Positions 28,991 to 39,219 of a stretch of 64,000 nt of DNA are shown piece after piece. Positions within the stretch are counted from its first letter, which is position 1. Each line of letters opens with the position of its first letter. The stretch is from a virus (Duplodnaviria; Caudoviricetes). The notes beneath the pieces were generated by a model. The model worked only from the letters and a program-made list of their open reading frames with translations. It made no database searches and was not told the DNA's origin. Location of the stretch: positions 1,702 to 65,701 of IMG/VR virus record IMGVR_UViG_3300031415_000002, one strand, 5' to 3'. The translations under genes and the position numbers were made by a program.

Positions 28991-29320
28991 CTGATTTCGC
29001 CTTTTTGGGCACGCTATTTGACATTCTTGGGTTTGCTTACGCAAAAATATTTTGCAATCGTGTAAGCAAAAAACGGCGGAAATCAGCCATTTTTTGCGAT
29101 TGAAAAATAGCATAATAGCATATCCTAGATACACTCTAAAATAACCCTAAGAGGCACCTACCGCTTCTTGGGGTTATAGGTGTTTCTATATACTGTCGTA
29201 CTGAGAAAAAAATGTGTGTCTAGTTATTCTATCTATTCTATTTTGTATTATCTCTAAATAGCAGTAAACTGCCAAAAATTGAAAAATCTTAATAGATATC
29301 GGTGGAATTATTCTATCCCC
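28991..29320. other. Candidate replication origin (AT-rich nested palindromes)
   Basis: ORF-free and AT-rich, directly after the primase, with multiple inverted repeats. Confidence 0.5.
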
Positions 29321-29371
29321 TGTTTACACCGCCGCCAACTTATGCCATTAAGTCTTTAGGAAGGAGTATAT

Positions 29372-29614
29372 ATGATAATTCAAAAAGGCGTGCCTTTGCC
29401 GGGTGAGAGCAAAAAGCGCATCAAGTGGCCGTTTTCAAAGATGGATGTCGGGGATAGCTTTCTTGCGCCTTGGCCGGAGGACGCCACCTTGGCTTGCGAC
29501 AAGACGGCATGGCATAAGCGGGTTTGCGCGACATCCCAAGGCTACAAGGGGCGCAAGTTCAAAACCAAGGCTGTGCCTGATGAGGGCGGTGTTCGCGTGT
29601 GGAGGATTGCATGA
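29372..29614 (+). CDS. Small DNA-binding-like hypothetical protein
   Basis: IQKGVPLP, WPFSKMDVGDSF and GVRVWRIA; RBS AGGAG. Confidence 0.65.
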   Translation: MIIQKGVPLPGESKKRIKWPFSKMDVGDSFLAPWPEDATLACDKTAWHKRVCATSQGYKGRKFKTKAVPDEGGVRVWRIA

Positions 29615-29781
29615 TTTTTATCAAAACCAATCACGGCCTGATAAACGCAGATTATATCTACAAAATTGACACTCATGGCGGCAAGGCCAATCCCACGGTT
29701 TATTACCGCGACAGCACCGCAATGTGTGAGCCGGGCGAGTTGGCGAAGCTCGGCATAGCCGATAATAAAAATAACCGTTGA
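29611..29781 (+). CDS. Hypothetical protein
   Basis: Coupled small ORF. Confidence 0.45.
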   Translation: MIFIKTNHGLINADYIYKIDTHGGKANPTVYYRDSTAMCEPGELAKLGIADNKNNR

Positions 29782-29826
29782 CACCGCCCACACCGTCAGG
29801 CTAGGCAGGTGGGGCTAAGGAGATGA

Positions 29827-30123
29827 ATGATGTTCGGATGGTTCAAGAAAAATCCCGCCCCCAATCCAGCCCCGGCACCCAAGGCATTCAGCCAGCCCGT
29901 GAGCGGCGGTTATGTCGATGACCGGGGCGTGTGGTTCGCCACCAAGAATGAAGCGGATTTGGCTAGTGCGGTGCGGCACATGGTTGGCGAGGCGCGGGAT
30001 TCGCGGTTCATGAATGGACTAGGCGGATATTATTTTGACCCGGAAGATTTCCAGCGTCGCTTGGCCGATCCCGATACGGTGAACGCTATGGCGATTATTA
30101 CTCGGGTTCGAGGCGGGGCTTAA
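29827..30123 (+). CDS. Hypothetical protein
   Basis: Follows the TTGACA promoter at 29778. Confidence 0.55.
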   Translation: MMFGWFKKNPAPNPAPAPKAFSQPVSGGYVDDRGVWFATKNEADLASAVRHMVGEARDSRFMNGLGGYYFDPEDFQRRLADPDTVNAMAIITRVRGGA

Positions 30124-30213
30124 ATTGCCCGAATTTTGCCCTCAGACGCTTTCTCAGAGCGATTTGGGGATTTTGGGTGGTGTCGGAGCAGATTGAGATT
30201 AGGAGGCTTTAAA

Positions 30214-30747
30214 ATGGCTAATATTGATTGGAGTGGACACCTTGAGGCTTATCACACCGATGGACGTGTGGTTCCCGCATGGCTTGACGAATGCGTTGCA
30301 CAGCCAGATTCGGAAGGAGATTATTCTCTAAAGTTTGCGGGCAAAGGGCCGCTTATGAGTGTATACCGGCCTGATGGATTGGTATGGCGGAACGATCACG
30401 CCGATGATCGCGCATGGCGTATTCGCAATGTTGCTCCCGTCGCCGCACCTAACGCCGTCGACTTGAATGAGCGGTGCAGGGCGATGGTAAAGATTGTGGC
30501 GTCATCCACGAACGGAAAGATTCCCGATTATGCCATAGCAGAGGCCAAAGCTATCATCGCCGCAATGAACCCCGTTGACCTCGACCTGATCGAAGCTCGG
30601 GATTGCGTGGCGAAGGTTTATGAGGATGCGGGGCGAAATGATCTTGCTATCGCGACACGGGATGGTAAGCAGGATAATCGGCTCCGGGTGCAGTCCGCGC
30701 TTGCGGCTTTTCGACGGGGGCGGGATTTTGGTAATGGAGGGAAGTGA
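30214..30747 (+). CDS. Hypothetical protein, paralogue of 35537..36052
   Basis: IDWSGHLEAYHTDGRV, WRIRN and NPVD shared motifs. Confidence 0.65.
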   Translation: MANIDWSGHLEAYHTDGRVVPAWLDECVAQPDSEGDYSLKFAGKGPLMSVYRPDGLVWRNDHADDRAWRIRNVAPVAAPNAVDLNERCRAMVKIVASSTNGKIPDYAIAEAKAIIAAMNPVDLDLIEARDCVAKVYEDAGRNDLAIATRDGKQDNRLRVQSALAAFRRGRDFGNGGK

Positions 30748-30947
30748 TGCTGTGCTTTCGTGACATGACGTTCTGCTGCTCCGAGACGCACAAGGCGGAT
30801 TGTCAGAGACAGTGGACGCCCGAACTTCAAGACGCTGCTGACCGCTGGTGGGCAGGATTGCCCGGCTCCGCGCCAGTTGCCTTCTCGCCATTCTGTGGCG
30901 GCGATCTGCGCATTCCCCTCCCTACCAGCGAGGAGGCGGGGGCGTGA
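30744..30947 (+). CDS. Small Cys-containing hypothetical protein
   Basis: 67 aa, coupled. Confidence 0.5.
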   Translation: MMLCFRDMTFCCSETHKADCQRQWTPELQDAADRWWAGLPGSAPVAFSPFCGGDLRIPLPTSEEAGA

Positions 30948-31171
30948 GCGGGCGTAGCTACACCGTCGAGCACCACATGCGTGTCTATGACGACCAGCAT
31001 GGCTCGTATGTCACCGTGCGGCCTGACCCCGACACTGGTGACCTCTGCCACATCTCGACCAATGAAGGCGGCAAGGATGATCAGGATAGCCCTGGGATCA
31101 TCATCCCGTGGCCAATGGCCCGCCTGATGGCTCAGGCCATCCTCAGCGCCAACCCGGAGGACGCAGCATGA
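30944..31171 (+). CDS. Hypothetical protein
   Basis: GTG 30944 after GGAGG. Confidence 0.5.
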   Translation: MSGRSYTVEHHMRVYDDQHGSYVTVRPDPDTGDLCHISTNEGGKDDQDSPGIIIPWPMARLMAQAILSANPEDAA

Positions 31172-31362
31172 GCGACGACCCGAGCAAGGTGGATTTGGGC
31201 AAATTCACGGATGGAGTGCCGTTGCCGACGACCTACGAGGAAATCCATCGGCAGGCATTGCGGCGCAACCGCTTCCGCATCCCACGCACCCGCGCCCTTG
31301 AGCGCGACAGCAGGGAGGGGTGAGGGGTGGATTTTTGTGGTGGGAAGAGATAAATAGAAAGC

Positions 31363-31878
31363 ATGGCCCTTACTGACAAACAGCAGCGCTTCGTAGAGGA
31401 GTATCTAATTGATTTGAACCGCACCCAGGCGGCGATTCGTGCTGGGTATAGCGAGGATACTGCTGAGTCCCAAGGCAGTCGTTTGATGTCAATGAATGTT
31501 GAGGTGGCGCGCGCGGTTAAGGAGGCTCTTGCGGCGCGGTCAGAGCGCACTCAAGTTGATGCAGATTGGGTTCTTGATCGGCTGACTATGGAGGCCCAAG
31601 CCGACCTTGGCGACCTTTACGGCGATGATGGTGAATTGCTCCCTGTTAAGAAGTGGCCGCTCATCTGGAGGCAGGGCCTTGTCGCAGGCATTGAAAGCCT
31701 TGAGGAGCGCGATGAGACTGGCGCAGTAATCGGAATGACCAGAAAGGTAAAGCTATCTGATCGCGTCAAGCGTATTGAGTTGATTGCAAAGCATATCGAC
31801 GTTGGCGCATTTGAGGAAAAGGTAAAGCACAGCGGCACGATGGGAATTACCGTGCTTCAGGAAGACGCTAATTTGTGA
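31363..31878 (+). CDS. terS: Terminase small subunit
   Basis: LTDKQQRFVEEYLIDLNRTQAAIRAGYS. Confidence 0.92.
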   Translation: MALTDKQQRFVEEYLIDLNRTQAAIRAGYSEDTAESQGSRLMSMNVEVARAVKEALAARSERTQVDADWVLDRLTMEAQADLGDLYGDDGELLPVKKWPLIWRQGLVAGIESLEERDETGAVIGMTRKVKLSDRVKRIELIAKHIDVGAFEEKVKHSGTMGITVLQEDANL

Positions 31879-33218
31879 CGCAAGCCGTTGCGGTTCTGAC
31901 GCCTAAGCAGCGCGAGGCCAACCAACTGCTTGGCGGGCCTGCGTCAAACATCATGCTTCGCGGCGGCTCTCGCTCCGGCAAAACGTTCCTACTGATCCGC
32001 GCCATCTGCCAGCGCGCCATTAATGCCCCAGGCGGGCGGCATGCTATTTTTCGGTTTCGGTTCAATCACGCCAAAACCTCGATTTGGTCGGATACGCTGC
32101 CCAAGGTCTTGCGGCTGTGCTTTCCCGGCGTCAACGTGGTCTGGAACAAGACTGACTTTTACGTTCAATTCCCCAACGGCTCGCAAATCTGGATTGGCGG
32201 CCTGGACGACAAAGAGCGCGTCGAGAAAATCCTTGGCGCGGAATATGTTACACTGTATTTCAACGAAAGTAGCCAGATTAGCTGGGGCTCTGTCGAAATG
32301 GCAATGTCTCGACTGGCGCAAAATGTGCCGCTTGATCCAGCAATCGCCGCCGCGACAGGTCGGACGCATTTGCCGCTAAAGGCATATTTCGATTGCAATC
32401 CACCGTCCAAGCTCCACTGGTCCTATCAGCTATTCAAAGCCGGCATTAAGCCAAACACCAAAGAGGCGTTGGCCGATAGGTCCGATTATGCCGAGATGCA
32501 GGTGAACCCAGCCGATAACGCAGCCAACCTTCCCCCCAAATATTTTGAGATTCTAGCCAATATGTCGGCGGCTCAACGCCTTCGATTTGAGCGAGGCGAG
32601 TGGTCTAGTGAGGTCAATGGCGCGCTATGGGCACTTGAGGACCGGCTTTCCGAGAATGGGCAAGTCATCAAAGGCATCGATAGCGAGCGCGTAGCGTCTG
32701 CACCGGAAATGCAGCGCATCGTGGTTGCTGTAGACCCCAGCGGCACCAAGGGCGATGGTAAGGGCGATGATATTGGGATCATCGTGGCCGGGGAGGGCAT
32801 GGATGGCCGATTTTACGTCCTAGAAGACCTGTCATGTCAAATGTCGCCTGACGGATGGGCCAAGCGCGCAGTTGACGCCTATGAACGCTGGAAAGCCGAT
32901 AGGATTGTAGCCGAACGCAACTTTGGTGGCGCGATGGTTGAGGCAGTCATACGGCAGGCCAACAAGAATGTGCCTTACAAGGAAGTCACTGCCAGTCGCG
33001 GCAAGGTTGCCAGGGCAGAGCCTATTGCGGCTCTATATGAACAAGGCCGGGTATCGCATGTCGGCATCCTGCCGGACGTGGAAGACCAGATGTGCGCAAT
33101 GACGCCATCGGGATATATGGGTGAAGGATCGCCTGATAGGGCGGATGCATTGGTTTGGGCTATTACTGAATTGGTTGAAGGATCGGGAAGCTATAACGTT
33201 GGTGGGTGGCTTGAGTAA
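31875..33218 (+). CDS. terL: Terminase large subunit
   Basis: GGSRSGKT Walker A; LYFNESSQ; VVAVDPS; KVARAEP; SPDRADALVWA. Confidence 0.93.
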   Translation: MTQAVAVLTPKQREANQLLGGPASNIMLRGGSRSGKTFLLIRAICQRAINAPGGRHAIFRFRFNHAKTSIWSDTLPKVLRLCFPGVNVVWNKTDFYVQFPNGSQIWIGGLDDKERVEKILGAEYVTLYFNESSQISWGSVEMAMSRLAQNVPLDPAIAAATGRTHLPLKAYFDCNPPSKLHWSYQLFKAGIKPNTKEALADRSDYAEMQVNPADNAANLPPKYFEILANMSAAQRLRFERGEWSSEVNGALWALEDRLSENGQVIKGIDSERVASAPEMQRIVVAVDPSGTKGDGKGDDIGIIVAGEGMDGRFYVLEDLSCQMSPDGWAKRAVDAYERWKADRIVAERNFGGAMVEAVIRQANKNVPYKEVTASRGKVARAEPIAALYEQGRVSHVGILPDVEDQMCAMTPSGYMGEGSPDRADALVWAITELVEGSGSYNVGGWLE

Positions 33219-33242
33219 TTTGCATTTACCGTGATATATGCC

Positions 33243-33279
33243 GGGTCACGGGAGCGTTGGGCGCGCTCAACCGTGACCC
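33243..33279 (+). promoter_or_regulatory. GC hairpin in the leader of the HNH gene
   Basis: GGGTCACGG-GAGCG...CGCTC-AA-CCGTGACCC. Confidence 0.5.
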
Positions 33280-33301
33280 TAACCAAAGCGAGGCAACGCT
33301 A

Positions 33302-33910
33302 ATGGCTAAAGAAGAACTAAATCAGATAACCAAGCAATGCAAGCGCTGTTTTGCTAATAAATTGTTGTCTGAAATGTATATAATAAAAGGAAAGCCTATT
33401 GGGGTTTGCAGAGAATGCAAGCTAATTGAAAAGTTAAAATATAGAGAAAAAAATAGAGAAGCTCTTGCCGCAAAGCAAAGGCTTTATAAAGAAAAGAATT
33501 ACGATAAAATAATGGAATACAGAAAAAATAATAAAGAGCTTGCTGCGAAGACGTTTGCAAAATGGCAACTGGCAAATAAGGAAAGGCGAATTGAGTATGC
33601 AAAAGCTTATCGAGAGGCAAATCCAGACAAAAGAAAAGCAGCATATGCGGCATGGAGGGCGGCTAAAAAACACAACGGAGGATCATATACTAAGCAAGAC
33701 GTAGAAAACTTAATGCTATGGCAGAATAAGCAATGTTATTACTGTGATGACGAATTGCTAGACTATCATGTTGACCATTACATACCGCTATCCAAAGGCG
33801 GTAAAAATGACAACACAAATATAGTTTTGGCCTGCCCTCTTTGTAATTTGAGGAAAAACGACAGAATGCCGGAAGATTGGCAGGGGCCATTTGCATATTT
33901 ATGGAGGTAG
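33302..33910 (+). CDS. HNH homing endonuclease (AT-rich)
   Basis: CKRC/CREC; HVDHYIPLSKGGKNDNTNIVLACPLCN; visibly lower GC than flanks. Confidence 0.9.
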   Translation: MAKEELNQITKQCKRCFANKLLSEMYIIKGKPIGVCRECKLIEKLKYREKNREALAAKQRLYKEKNYDKIMEYRKNNKELAAKTFAKWQLANKERRIEYAKAYREANPDKRKAAYAAWRAAKKHNGGSYTKQDVENLMLWQNKQCYYCDDELLDYHVDHYIPLSKGGKNDNTNIVLACPLCNLRKNDRMPEDWQGPFAYLWR

Positions 33911-33922
33911 GCGGACCCTAAC

Positions 33923-33953
33923 AAAAACGGGGCGCTTGGCCCCGTTGATTTTT
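33923..33953. terminator. Bidirectional terminator
   Basis: AAAAACGGGGC-GCTTG-GCCCCGTTGATTTTT. Confidence 0.7.
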
Positions 33954-33958
33954 GTGTT

Positions 33959-34207
33959 TTAAAGAGCGGATACGGCCCTAACATCTCCAAAATCGAACAA
34001 GCATATATCTTTGCGCTTTTGGCCTTTTGCGGACTGCACGCCAATCCAGATATTCAGTCCTTCACTGACTTCGCAAGGATTGCCAAACTTGACAATGAAG
34101 TCCGCAACCGTATCGGTGGTTGCTATCACGTCTTCATCACAAATTCCGAGGTTGGCTTCGGCATCAACCAATTCGACAAAGGCTTCAATCTGGGCTTTGG
34201 TCAGCAT
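33959..34207 (-). CDS. Hypothetical protein
   Basis: Own promoter at 34261. Confidence 0.55.
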   Translation of the reverse strand: MLTKAQIEAFVELVDAEANLGICDEDVIATTDTVADFIVKFGNPCEVSEGLNIWIGVQSAKGQKRKDICLFDFGDVRAVSAL

Positions 34208-34280
34208 TTCATTTCTCCATTTCGTCTTGATAAAACCGTCTTAGGCCGGGCTGTCTCTGGTGTCAACGATTATTTTTACG

Positions 34281-34499
34281 TCACCCCAACAATTCCCGCA
34301 TAATCTCATCGTCACTCATATAGGGCGATCCATCGATTGGCTTGATGGCATTGTTGGTTATGATGCGTTCCCAATGCTGGGCAGCATCCTGAGCCGCATC
34401 ACGGTCAGCATAAAAAGCCGAATGGACCGTCAGCCCATTCCAGTCCGCCACTTCTACCTTCAAGCCTTGTTCGGTGCGGGCGCTGATTGTGTGGCTCAT
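34281..34499 (-). CDS. Hypothetical protein
   Basis: 72 aa. Confidence 0.5.
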   Translation of the reverse strand: MSHTISARTEQGLKVEVADWNGLTVHSAFYADRDAAQDAAQHWERIITNNAIKPIDGSPYMSDDEIMRELLG

Positions 34500-34755
34500 G
34501 CGGCCTGCTTCTTGGCCGCGCCGATAGCACCCTTTATCGTCTTCTTGCTGGTCACGTGGAAGAAGATGGAGCCTTTGCCAGCGGTGGCAAAAACCTTAAA
34601 AACGCCGTCACGGGCACGGACCACAATAGAACTGCCATCTGACGCCGTGGTTTCAAAAAGGTTGTTCATCATTCATCTCCGTTTCGTTGCACCCCTTCTA
34701 ACCACGCGAATTAGGCGCGTCAACAGTTATTTTTAGGTGAATGCGGTGCGCGCGG

Positions 34756-35129
34756 TCATGGCCGCACCTGCAAAGCTTCAAATTCTGAGCGAACGTCAGC
34801 AATGCGCTCCAGCGCACGCCTGGCACGGAGAACAGGATGGCCCGGCTCTCCATCATGGCCTGTGTTATCGGCGATGAACTTGCCAACCCACCGCTCTGCA
34901 TCATGCAACGCTAACGCGACACGCTTTTGCAGATCAGGGCTCATTTGCCCGTTCCGATCAGCAAAAGGTCGTCGTCAAAGCGGACAGCTTCACCACCAGC
35001 GAAGCGCACGTCGTACCAGCGTGCCCCGTCAAAATTGGTGATGTTGGTGATACGGCCAGCGTATCCATCGCGATCCACGACCTGATCACCAATCTTAAAC
35101 TGCGCCTGAGTATTCTGTGTCATGTCCAC
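34756..35129 (-). CDS. Two small coupled hypothetical proteins (34756..34944, 34941..35129)
   Basis: Downstream of the promoter at 35176. Confidence 0.45.
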
Positions 35130-35536
35130 CTCCGTTGATGAATTAATAAAGCCACCTTAGCGGCTATCTACAGCCTGTCAACAACTATTTTTCGCCAAAC
35201 CCAATTGTCTTAAAAATTTCTGCCTTGAAGTCAGATAGCGCGTTGCCGAGGGCGCGATTGGCGCAGGCAAGGGTGCCGACGTATGATCGCCAGTGGTCCT
35301 CATGGCCAAAATATTCCTGAGAAAGTTCGCGAGCCGCTTTCTCTTGCTGCTGATCGTACGTCACCGATAACACCTCCGACACCCACACCCAGGCGAATGC
35401 CCCTCAATCGGGGCACTTTGCCTAACCGGCACCCTGTCGCGCCCCACATGCAAAAACCCACCGATCAGCAGCCCGATGAATGCCCCGATAGGGCCTAGGA
35501 TCAGGAAGCCTATGATTAGGCCTAGTAGCATTCGGG

Positions 35537-36052
35537 TCATGGGGTGGGGCCTTCCTTGCGGGCTTGGCGGAGGGCTTCGACAATGGCGGCAATAACATGG
35601 CCTTCGTCAGCATCACCGCTGGAATAATCCCGCGACCACATGTTTACTAGACCAGCCTCCTCCCTAGCAATTTCTGTAACCAGCGCAGCGAGATTGCGGG
35701 CCGTTAGGGTGTCGCGATCAACCGGATTAAGCTCGGCAACCAGCGCCTTGGCTTCATACAGATAGTTATCGCGATCACCCGGACCAGAATCTGCCACCCG
35801 CGCTACGAACGCTTCCAGGCGGGTTAGGCGGTCGGGGGTGGGGGGCTGGCGGTTGCGGATGCGCCAAGGATTTGATTTATCCAAAGGAAAGCCGTCTTCA
35901 TCCCATCCGCCAACGTAATATTGAGGGGCAATACCTGCCTTTCCAGCGTATCGCATTCTTGGCCTTTCCGGCATTCCATGCGGCTCAACCGTGCCAACCC
36001 GCCCATCCTCATGATAGGCTTCCAGTTCGCCGCTCCAGTCGATCTTGCTCAT
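35537..36052 (-). CDS. Hypothetical protein, paralogue of 30214..30747
   Basis: MSKIDWSGELEAYHEDGRV, WRIRN and NPVD. Confidence 0.65.
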   Translation of the reverse strand: MSKIDWSGELEAYHEDGRVGTVEPHGMPERPRMRYAGKAGIAPQYYVGGWDEDGFPLDKSNPWRIRNRQPPTPDRLTRLEAFVARVADSGPGDRDNYLYEAKALVAELNPVDRDTLTARNLAALVTEIAREEAGLVNMWSRDYSSGDADEGHVIAAIVEALRQARKEGPTP

Positions 36053-36557
36053 GCCACGTCCTCCAAACCCAAATGATGCATAGCGCACTCCCTGCGCTCC
36101 TTCTCGGTCCAACCGGCCGGATAGGCCTCCATCTGGATCACGATCATGGCCTCGATATGTGCTGCTAGTTCGGTCATTGTTTCCTCCATGTGGGGCATCA
36201 TAGGCCGTCACGCATTGCTGTCAACATATATTTTAGAACGGCCACCACTAAGGCCGCTTAGGCCGATACGTAGCCATGTAGACCGCGTTATAGCCGCGCA
36301 TGTATTCCGCGTTCATGCTGTCGGACCATGATGGGATGCGGCCGGCTTTGTAGTCTGCGCGGCCTTTGGCGTAGAGGGTCATTTGCCAAATGCCATAATG
36401 GCTAGATCGTAGGTAATACTGACCCAAGCGATAAGGCATACGGCGTTGAACGCGACCTTTACCCAATACTTATCTTCAACGCCTTCCAGTCCATCGCGGA
36501 AACACATAAGCGCAACAAATGCAGACGCAAACGCGCCACCCATGATAGTCCAATCCA

Positions 36558-36779
36558 TCACTTTTCCTCCAGTGCGGCGCGGATCATGGCGGTAAAAACC
36601 TTCCGGCCATCCTCAGTTATTACCCAGTCATTTCCAGCCTCAACCATCCCCTCACTAGGCTCAAGCATGGCCTGCAAGGCTGCGCGGGCGCGTTCTTGAT
36701 AAAGTCCGCCCCATTCGTCACAGTCCATCTTATCTGATGCGGCCATAGCCCGCGCTATTTTTTCAATCATCGTCATCAC
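36558..36779 (-). CDS. Hypothetical protein
   Basis: IEKIARAM, ARAALQAMLEPSEGMVEAG pattern common in phages. Confidence 0.55.
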   Translation of the reverse strand: MMTMIEKIARAMAASDKMDCDEWGGLYQERARAALQAMLEPSEGMVEAGNDWVITEDGRKVFTAMIRAALEEK

Positions 36780-37096
36780 TCACTCTCCATCGCGTGTCGG
36801 GCGCGAAGGGCGGCTGCGACGAGGGCTAAAGCTGGACTGGCATTCCTTCCCTCGAAGCGTCGATCGATGCAGCATGAGAACGCGAAGGGAGCGGATGTGG
36901 AGTCGCCAACAGACATTTCCCACGAGACGCCCTCCGGCACAAGTCGCATAGCGGCGTCCAGTGATCCGGTAAAAGGCGGCGCGCCATAACCGTCGCCATG
37001 CGAACGGAAGCCGCACGCATTGCCAATAGCCACGTCCAATAAGCCATCCGCCCCCTTGGCCCGTTCGCAGGCGTCTGCCAGTTCTAGGATGGTCAT
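36776..37096 (-). CDS. Hypothetical protein
   Basis: PPFTGSLDAAMRLVPEG pattern. Confidence 0.55.
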   Translation of the reverse strand: MTILELADACERAKGADGLLDVAIGNACGFRSHGDGYGAPPFTGSLDAAMRLVPEGVSWEMSVGDSTSAPFAFSCCIDRRFEGRNASPALALVAAALRARHAMESE

Positions 37097-37554
37097 GCTG
37101 GCACCTGTGCTGCAAGGTATGCTTTCATAACTTCACGTTGAAATTGCTCAAAATAAAATCCTCCATAGGCGCAGCGCGTCAAATCTACGCCACGTTTATC
37201 CATAACGCGCGCCGCTTCGGTTTCAGCCGCCAGCCATTCGTATTCATCAAAATGATGTGGTGTGCATTCGGCCGTGCTATACCCGCTAAGGACTGCGCTG
37301 CCGTGTTGACGAACGCGACAAATGGGGCGATCAGGCAGACCTTCGTCGCCGATTGCTACAACCTTTGCTCGAATAGGCTGCGAGCGAAAGGAGCTACGCT
37401 GTGCCATAACGTCAATATCCAAATGAAGAACATTGTCATTGGCATCCAGTGCGCGCCCATACATTGGCGCAGGATTGGGTTTTGTGCCATGCGCGCCAGA
37501 CCAAAAATCTGGCTCACCGTGAAACACCGATAGGCGTGTTTCGTGATTTGTCAT
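37093..37554 (-). CDS. Hypothetical protein
   Basis: 153 aa after the promoter at 37606. Confidence 0.55.
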   Translation of the reverse strand: MTNHETRLSVFHGEPDFWSGAHGTKPNPAPMYGRALDANDNVLHLDIDVMAQRSSFRSQPIRAKVVAIGDEGLPDRPICRVRQHGSAVLSGYSTAECTPHHFDEYEWLAAETEAARVMDKRGVDLTRCAYGGFYFEQFQREVMKAYLAAQVPA

Positions 37555-37584
37555 TTTTCATTCCCTCCATATCCAAAGCCCCAT

Positions 37585-37660
37585 CCCTAACGCCCCAATC
37601 CGCCATGTCAACGAAATTATTTCTTTTCGCTTGACCGGCGCGGGGGTGGCGGTATGGTCG
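37585..37660. promoter_or_regulatory. Back-to-back divergent early promoters
   Basis: Minus TTGACA at 37606-37611; plus TTGACC at 37631-37636 with TATGGT. Confidence 0.65.
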
Positions 37661-37684
37661 CACTCCAATCTATGAGGATTTTGT

Positions 37685-38041
37685 ATGAACCAACCAGAAT
37701 ACACCGCCACAGCCGAAGAAATCGCCAACACCACGGATGCCAAGCAGCTTATCGAGTGGTACGACCACGCGGATGACATGGCGACCAATCTTGAGGCGAC
37801 TATCATTGCCCGCAATGCGTCGGACGTACCGGACGACGACGCTTGGTTTTTCCGTGCATCGGACAAGTATGCCCATTGCAAGACGGCCATGAAGCGCTGC
37901 CTGCGCCAGTTGCACCGGATTGGATATGAGGGGCGGGTTTCGGTTGAATCTGTCGCGGTCGAGGAAATGAAGGGTATGAAGTGGGCTATTAATGCGCTTC
38001 AGGCCCGGGTTAATAAGATTGATGGAGGGAAGAATGACTGA
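37685..38041 (+). CDS. Hypothetical protein
   Basis: 118 aa with RBS GAGG. Confidence 0.6.
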   Translation: MNQPEYTATAEEIANTTDAKQLIEWYDHADDMATNLEATIIARNASDVPDDDAWFFRASDKYAHCKTAMKRCLRQLHRIGYEGRVSVESVAVEEMKGMKWAINALQARVNKIDGGKND

Positions 38042-38330
38042 TTCATTTAAGGGGCTGATCGCGGAAGCAAAGCGCCAGAACCGCTATAAGCCAACCATAG
38101 CGGAGAGAGTAATTGCTTTTGCCAAGTACCCGCCATTCGTGCTGATTTGGCGCGCTCGCGTGGCTTGGCTCCTGCAAACAAAATGGAATGCGCCAAAAGG
38201 GCATGAGGCACGTTGCTCGCTTATACAGAATTGGCAGTATTCCAAGTCTATGACGGAATATATGGATGACGGCCCCTTGTTCCCGTCAGAGGCAATCGAG
38301 ATTGATCGAGAATATTGGGAGCAAGGATAA
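38034..38330 (+). CDS. Hypothetical protein
   Basis: ATG 38034, coupled. Confidence 0.5.
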   Translation: MTDSFKGLIAEAKRQNRYKPTIAERVIAFAKYPPFVLIWRARVAWLLQTKWNAPKGHEARCSLIQNWQYSKSMTEYMDDGPLFPSEAIEIDREYWEQG

Positions 38331-38593
38331 TGACTAACGAAGAAATCAACGCGCTAGGCACTCAGCTATCCGCGCTTCGCAACGCCAAAGATGGCGCTGT
38401 AGTGGTTTCGGTGGGCGCGCATGGTCCTGATGGCGACATGGCGGATGGGTGCCTTTGTGCAACCGTTACGGTGTCTGGCGAGGAAGGGTTTGCGCGGGCA
38501 AAATATCTTTGTGACGCCATTTCTTTGGCGAGGGGTGATGCGCAGCGTAAGGTTGCGGCTCGGGCGGCTAAGGCAAAGAAGGAGGAAAAGTGA
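38330..38593 (+). CDS. Hypothetical protein
   Basis: Coupled. Confidence 0.5.
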   Translation: MTNEEINALGTQLSALRNAKDGAVVVSVGAHGPDGDMADGCLCATVTVSGEEGFARAKYLCDAISLARGDAQRKVAARAAKAKKEEK

Positions 38594-39219
38594 TGCGTGA
38601 TTCTATTTATTATCGTGTGACGGGCGGCGCAGCCCTCGAATTTTGCCGTGCATATCGTGACGGCTGGAAGTTTACCGAGCGCCTGTGGAATGACTACGCC
38701 AAAGAGAAAGGCGGCGTCGGTCATGTTCGTCTTGGCGAACGTAAATTCGGTGGGATCATTTTTCCCAAGCAGCCGGAAAAGGAAGATGGCTGGAAGCGTC
38801 ATCAGCGGTCCTGCCGCGACGGCACACGCTTCTATGTGCCCATCCAGCGCGGCACCGGCAATGCGGCAGGCAAGGCGCTCCAAGCCGAATTCGACGCACT
38901 GCCGCTTGGGCCTGATGCCGAAGACATTTGCGATGTGATCGGATTTCCCAAGAAGATCAATGCAAAGGTTGATGGCAAGGATCGGGCCTATGGCGTGCTG
39001 TCGCTATTCACGCCGGTCCAGATCGCATGGACTGACCAGAATGACAACTTCTTTGTCGTATTGCCGGATGTGAATGCGACCCTGCGAAGCATTACAGAGA
39101 AGGGTGGCGCGGTCGAAACGCCGGAATGGGCGATCCCTGACGGCTTAGAAGTATCGTCGCGCAAGCGTTACGAACTTGCCGTGGCTGAAGCCGCTGTGAG
39201 GGCAGAAGAAAATGCGTGA
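38590..39219 (+). CDS. Hypothetical protein
   Basis: 209 aa, coupled. Confidence 0.6.
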   Translation: MMRDSIYYRVTGGAALEFCRAYRDGWKFTERLWNDYAKEKGGVGHVRLGERKFGGIIFPKQPEKEDGWKRHQRSCRDGTRFYVPIQRGTGNAAGKALQAEFDALPLGPDAEDICDVIGFPKKINAKVDGKDRAYGVLSLFTPVQIAWTDQNDNFFVVLPDVNATLRSITEKGGAVETPEWAIPDGLEVSSRKRYELAVAEAAVRAEENA

